This document shows, piece by piece, positions 60,784 through 64,000 of a DNA stretch of 64,000 nt (its first letter is position 1; each line of letters begins with the position of its first letter). Origin of the DNA: Thermoanaerobaculia bacterium (GTDB taxonomy: Bacteria > Acidobacteriota > Thermoanaerobaculia > UBA5066); the NCBI GenBank assembly GCA_038245905.1, contig JBBRRY010000004.1, positions 32,001-96,000 on the forward strand. The letters are read 5' to 3'. The translations under genes and the position numbers were made by a program. The notes beneath the pieces are model-generated. The model was not told the origin of the DNA. It saw only the letters and a program-made list of their open reading frames with translations, and made no database searches.

Positions 60784-61881
60784 ATGTCGAGCACCGCCGG
60801 AGTCTGCGCGCTCATCCTCGCCGGCGGGAGCGGCACAAGGCTGTGGCCCCGCTCGACGGACGAAAGGCCGAAGCCTTTCCTTGCGCTGTCGGGCGGAGAG
60901 TCGCTCCTTCGGGAGACCTGGCGGCGCGCCGCCGGCCTCGCCGGGAAGGACAACGTCTTCGTCTCGGGCCGCGCGTCGCACGAGGCGCTCCTCGTCGCAG
61001 AGCTCCCGGAAGTCCCGCGCGAGCGCCTTGTCCTCGAGCCCACGCGCCGCAACACTGCCCCCGCGATCGCCCTCTCGGCGCTGGCGGCCTCAGAGGACGC
61101 GCCCGACGTCGTTCTCGCCGTGCTGCCGTCTGACCAGGCGGTGCGCGATGAACCGGCGTTCCTCTCCGCTCTCCGCGCGGCCGTCTCGGCGGCGCGGACG
61201 CGCGAGGCGTTCGTCACACTCGGGATTCCTCCGACGCGGCCCGAGGCGGGCTTCGGATATATGGAAGTTGAAGAGCACAAGGAAGGGGAAAGCGATTTTT
61301 CTTTGAATGGGAAGAGTAGGAGCGAGGCCTCGCTCCTGCGGGTGGTGCGGTTCGTCGAGAAGCCCAGCCAGACTCGCGCGGAGGAGTTTCTTGCGTCGGG
61401 GCGCTTCCTCTGGAACGCCGGCATCTTCGTATTCCGGACGTCCTGGCTCTTCGAAGAGATGGAGAGGGTCTGTCCGGATATCCTGAAGGTCGCCCGCCGC
61501 GCGCATGCAGCGAGAAAAGCGGCGGATTCTTCCTCCTTCAAAGAAATCTTCTCCTCCTCCCCGTCCGTCTCCATCGATGTCGCCGTGATGGAGAAAGCAC
61601 GAACCGTGCTCACAGTTCCGTGTGCCTGCGGCTGGAGCGACCTGGGTTCGTGGGAAGCCGTGTTCGAGTTCCGGGGCGGATCGTCCGCGCGGAACGTTCT
61701 CGAGGGCCCGGCCGATTCGGTGGACGGCTCGGGCAACCTCGTGCTGGCGGAGGCGAGGCCGGTGCGCGTCGTCGGCCTCTCGGACATCGTGGTCGTGGAA
61801 TCTCCAGGCGGCCTCCTCGTCATGCGCCGGGGCGCGTCGGACGCGCTTCGCCGGAGCGTGGAAAAAGGGCTCAGGGGATGA
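60784..61881 (+). CDS. manC: Mannose-1-phosphate guanylyltransferase
   Basis: ILAGGSGTRLWP, RNTAPAI, FVEKP, WNAGIF, WSDLGSW. Confidence 0.92.
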   Translation: MSSTAGVCALILAGGSGTRLWPRSTDERPKPFLALSGGESLLRETWRRAAGLAGKDNVFVSGRASHEALLVAELPEVPRERLVLEPTRRNTAPAIALSALAASEDAPDVVLAVLPSDQAVRDEPAFLSALRAAVSAARTREAFVTLGIPPTRPEAGFGYMEVEEHKEGESDFSLNGKSRSEASLLRVVRFVEKPSQTRAEEFLASGRFLWNAGIFVFRTSWLFEEMERVCPDILKVARRAHAARKAADSSSFKEIFSSSPSVSIDVAVMEKARTVLTVPCACGWSDLGSWEAVFEFRGGSSARNVLEGPADSVDGSGNLVLAEARPVRVVGLSDIVVVESPGGLLVMRRGASDALRRSVEKGLRG

Positions 61882-62834
61882 CCGTGGCGGCGCCTGTTCT
61901 CGCGTCTCTCTCCCGGCTCGTCGCGACCGTGCGGACCGCCTACCGCGGACCGGCGGCCGCCGTCGAGGACGCGGTCGTGTGCCTTCTCGCGCGCGGCCAC
62001 CTCCTCATCGAGGACGTGCCGGGCGTGGGCAAGACGACGCTCGCCTCCGCGCTCGGCAAGGCGATCGGCGTCGGCATGCATCGCATCCAGTTCACGCCGG
62101 ATACGCTTCCATCCGACATCCTCGGCCTCACGGTCTTCAACGTGCGGACGCAGGAGTTCGAGTTTCACCCGGGCCCCGTGTTCACGCCCGTGCTCCTCGC
62201 CGACGAGATCAACCGGGCGACACCGAAGACGCAGGCGGCGCTCCTGCAGGCGATGAACGAACGCGCCGTCTCCTCCGACGGTGTCACCCGGCCGCTGCCC
62301 GAGCCGTTCCTCGTCCTCGCGACGCAGAACCCTGTGGAGTATCTCGGGACCTACCCGCTTCCCGAGTCGCAGCTCGACCGCTTCCTCATGCGCATCTCAC
62401 TGGGCTATCCGTCGTTGGAGGAGGAGCGCCGGCTTCTCGTGTCGGGCGGTGCCGACCGCATCCTCGCGACGCTCGCGCCCGCGCTCTCGCTCGAGGAGCT
62501 GGGGGCGGCCCAGGCCGCCACCGAGCGCGTCACCGTGGCCGACAAGCTCATGGATTACGTGCTCGCGATTGTCGGTCGCACGCGGAGCGGCAAGGACCTC
62601 CTTCTCGGCGTCTCGCCACGGGGCGCGCAGGGGTTTTTCCGCGCGGTGCAGGCTCGCGCGCTCGTCTCGGGCCGGCCCTATGCGACTCCAGACGACGTCA
62701 AGCGCGTCGCCGTCCCGACGCTCGCCCACCGCGTCCTCGCGTCGCAGCCGGGTGCCTGGGACGGCGGAGGAAGCGGCCAGCGCGAGCGCGACGCGATCCA
62801 GCGCATCCTCGACGAGACGCCGGTTCCCCTCTGA
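61878..62834 (+). CDS. MoxR family AAA+ ATPase
   Basis: EDVPGVGKT, RIQFT, DEINRA, ATQNP, LPESQLDRF. Confidence 0.95.
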   Translation: MTVAAPVLASLSRLVATVRTAYRGPAAAVEDAVVCLLARGHLLIEDVPGVGKTTLASALGKAIGVGMHRIQFTPDTLPSDILGLTVFNVRTQEFEFHPGPVFTPVLLADEINRATPKTQAALLQAMNERAVSSDGVTRPLPEPFLVLATQNPVEYLGTYPLPESQLDRFLMRISLGYPSLEEERRLLVSGGADRILATLAPALSLEELGAAQAATERVTVADKLMDYVLAIVGRTRSGKDLLLGVSPRGAQGFFRAVQARALVSGRPYATPDDVKRVAVPTLAHRVLASQPGAWDGGGSGQRERDAIQRILDETPVPL

Positions 62835-62838
62835 AACC

Positions 62839-63858
62839 GTGGCTTTCGGCGCGCGCCTCCAGAAGCTCCTGCATCCCGGAATCCTGGTCCGGGTCACGAA
62901 CGTCGGACTCGGCTTCATCCTGATGACGCTCGTCGTCGCCGTCGCCGCGACGAACACGGGAAACAACGGCCTCTACGTCCTCGTCTCGCTTTTCCTTGGC
63001 GCGCTCGTCGTCTCGGGAATCGTCTCGCGCCGGAACGTGGAGAACGTCGCGCTAGAGCTGGACGGCCCCGCGGAGATCTTCGCCGGCGTCCCGGTGCGGT
63101 TCACGCTCCGGCTGACGAATCGGGGGCGGCTGCCGCGCCGCGCCCTTCTCGTGAAAATCTCGAGCGCGGCCGCCCCGATCCTCTTCGGGCGCCTGGATCC
63201 GGGACGGCCCGCCGAACGTGGCGTCGACCTGGTCTTCCCGAGACGCGGCCGCCGGTCCATCGAGTCGCTCCTCCTTTACAGCGGCTATCCGATCGGGCTC
63301 TTCCGAAAGGGACGGGTGCACCCGCTCGAGGACGAGCGCCTCGTCTATCCGGCCCCGGCGAACGTGTCTACCATTCCCCCCGACCCCCGGGAAGCCGAGG
63401 GCGGCGACCCGCGCGACCGGCGCCGCGGGCGAGGCGCCGAGATCCGCAACCTCCGCGAGGCGGGCTTCGGCGACGATCCGCGCGACGTCCATTGGCCGCA
63501 GACGGCGCGCCAGGGCAAATTCATCGTGAAGGAGCGTGCCTCCGAGGAAGGCCGGGACGCGCTCGTGGCTCTGGAAACGCATCGCCCGGCGGGCGCCGGC
63601 GCCGCCTGGGGCGACGCCTTCGAGAGGTCGGTGTCCGAGGCCGCGGGTCTCGCCCTGCTGCTCCTCACCCGCGGCAGCCGGGTGGGACTGCTGCTCGGAG
63701 GCTCCCTCGTGCCGCCGGGCTCGGGCCCGGCCCATCGCCGCGGCCTTTTGCGCGCGCTCGCGCTCGTCGAGCCGTCGACGGAGTCCGGGCGGCCGCCCGC
63801 CGTACCCGGTTCGGTCGCCGTCTACCGGGCGGGCCGCGGTCCGGAGCGCGCCGCATGA
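62839..63858 (+). CDS. DUF58 domain protein
   Basis: AATNTGNN, LRE..GDDPRDVHW; follows moxR. Confidence 0.85.
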   Translation: MAFGARLQKLLHPGILVRVTNVGLGFILMTLVVAVAATNTGNNGLYVLVSLFLGALVVSGIVSRRNVENVALELDGPAEIFAGVPVRFTLRLTNRGRLPRRALLVKISSAAAPILFGRLDPGRPAERGVDLVFPRRGRRSIESLLLYSGYPIGLFRKGRVHPLEDERLVYPAPANVSTIPPDPREAEGGDPRDRRRGRGAEIRNLREAGFGDDPRDVHWPQTARQGKFIVKERASEEGRDALVALETHRPAGAGAAWGDAFERSVSEAAGLALLLLTRGSRVGLLLGGSLVPPGSGPAHRRGLLRALALVEPSTESGRPPAVPGSVAVYRAGRGPERAA

Positions 63859-64000
63859 GCGGAGGTCCCGGCGCAGCCGCCGAAATCCCGTTCCTCCGGG
63901 AACGGCTTCTGGCGCTCGGAAGCCTCGCGCTTCTCGCCCCGGTTCCGCTCTTTTTCACGAACGCCCTCGAGTTCGCGGTTCTCCTCGTCTACCTCGTTGT
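63855..64000 (+). CDS. Partial membrane protein, probably transglutaminase-like (third gene of moxR-DUF58 operons)
   Basis: ATGA overlap, hydrophobic N-terminus, truncated by the window; product inferred from usual synteny. Confidence 0.5.
   Translation, partial: MSGGPGAAAEIPFLRERLLALGSLALLAPVPLFFTNALEFAVLLVYLV

Overview
A 64 kb window of a GC-rich (about 69-70% by eye) bacterial chromosome. Gene content (LPS/Kdo genes, many GT-C glycosyltransferases, a repeated secreted domain) suggests Acidobacteriota, probably Thermoanaerobaculia; this is inference. About 58 real CDSs are present and most other ORF-track entries are GC-rich shadow frames. The left third is a surface-glycosylation region with an S8 peptidase and a giant sigma54 activator. 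The rest is mostly housekeeping (thiL, lon, nrdR, kdsCDAB, pyrG, deaD, ispB, yajQ, lolA, purH, recA, pgpA, murB, manC, moxR). No rRNA, tRNA, CRISPR or transposase was seen. Two signals stand out. (1) A dispersed, polarised AT-rich motif, GATT(T)TTCTTAGAAGG(T/G)GA, has 11 exact TTCTWAGAA cores plus about 10 near matches. It is written into coding sequences on both strands and in different frames, often as convergent pairs 43-240 bp apart. (2) A two-gene RiPP-like cassette encodes a nitrile-hydratase-like leader peptide with a (Q)QLGG-repeat core next to a SAM methyltransferase, within a 10 kb block that separates pyrG from kdsA. Many genes also look leaderless (-10 hexamer 5-7 nt before the start codon). 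All product calls come from motif recognition only; no database searches were run.
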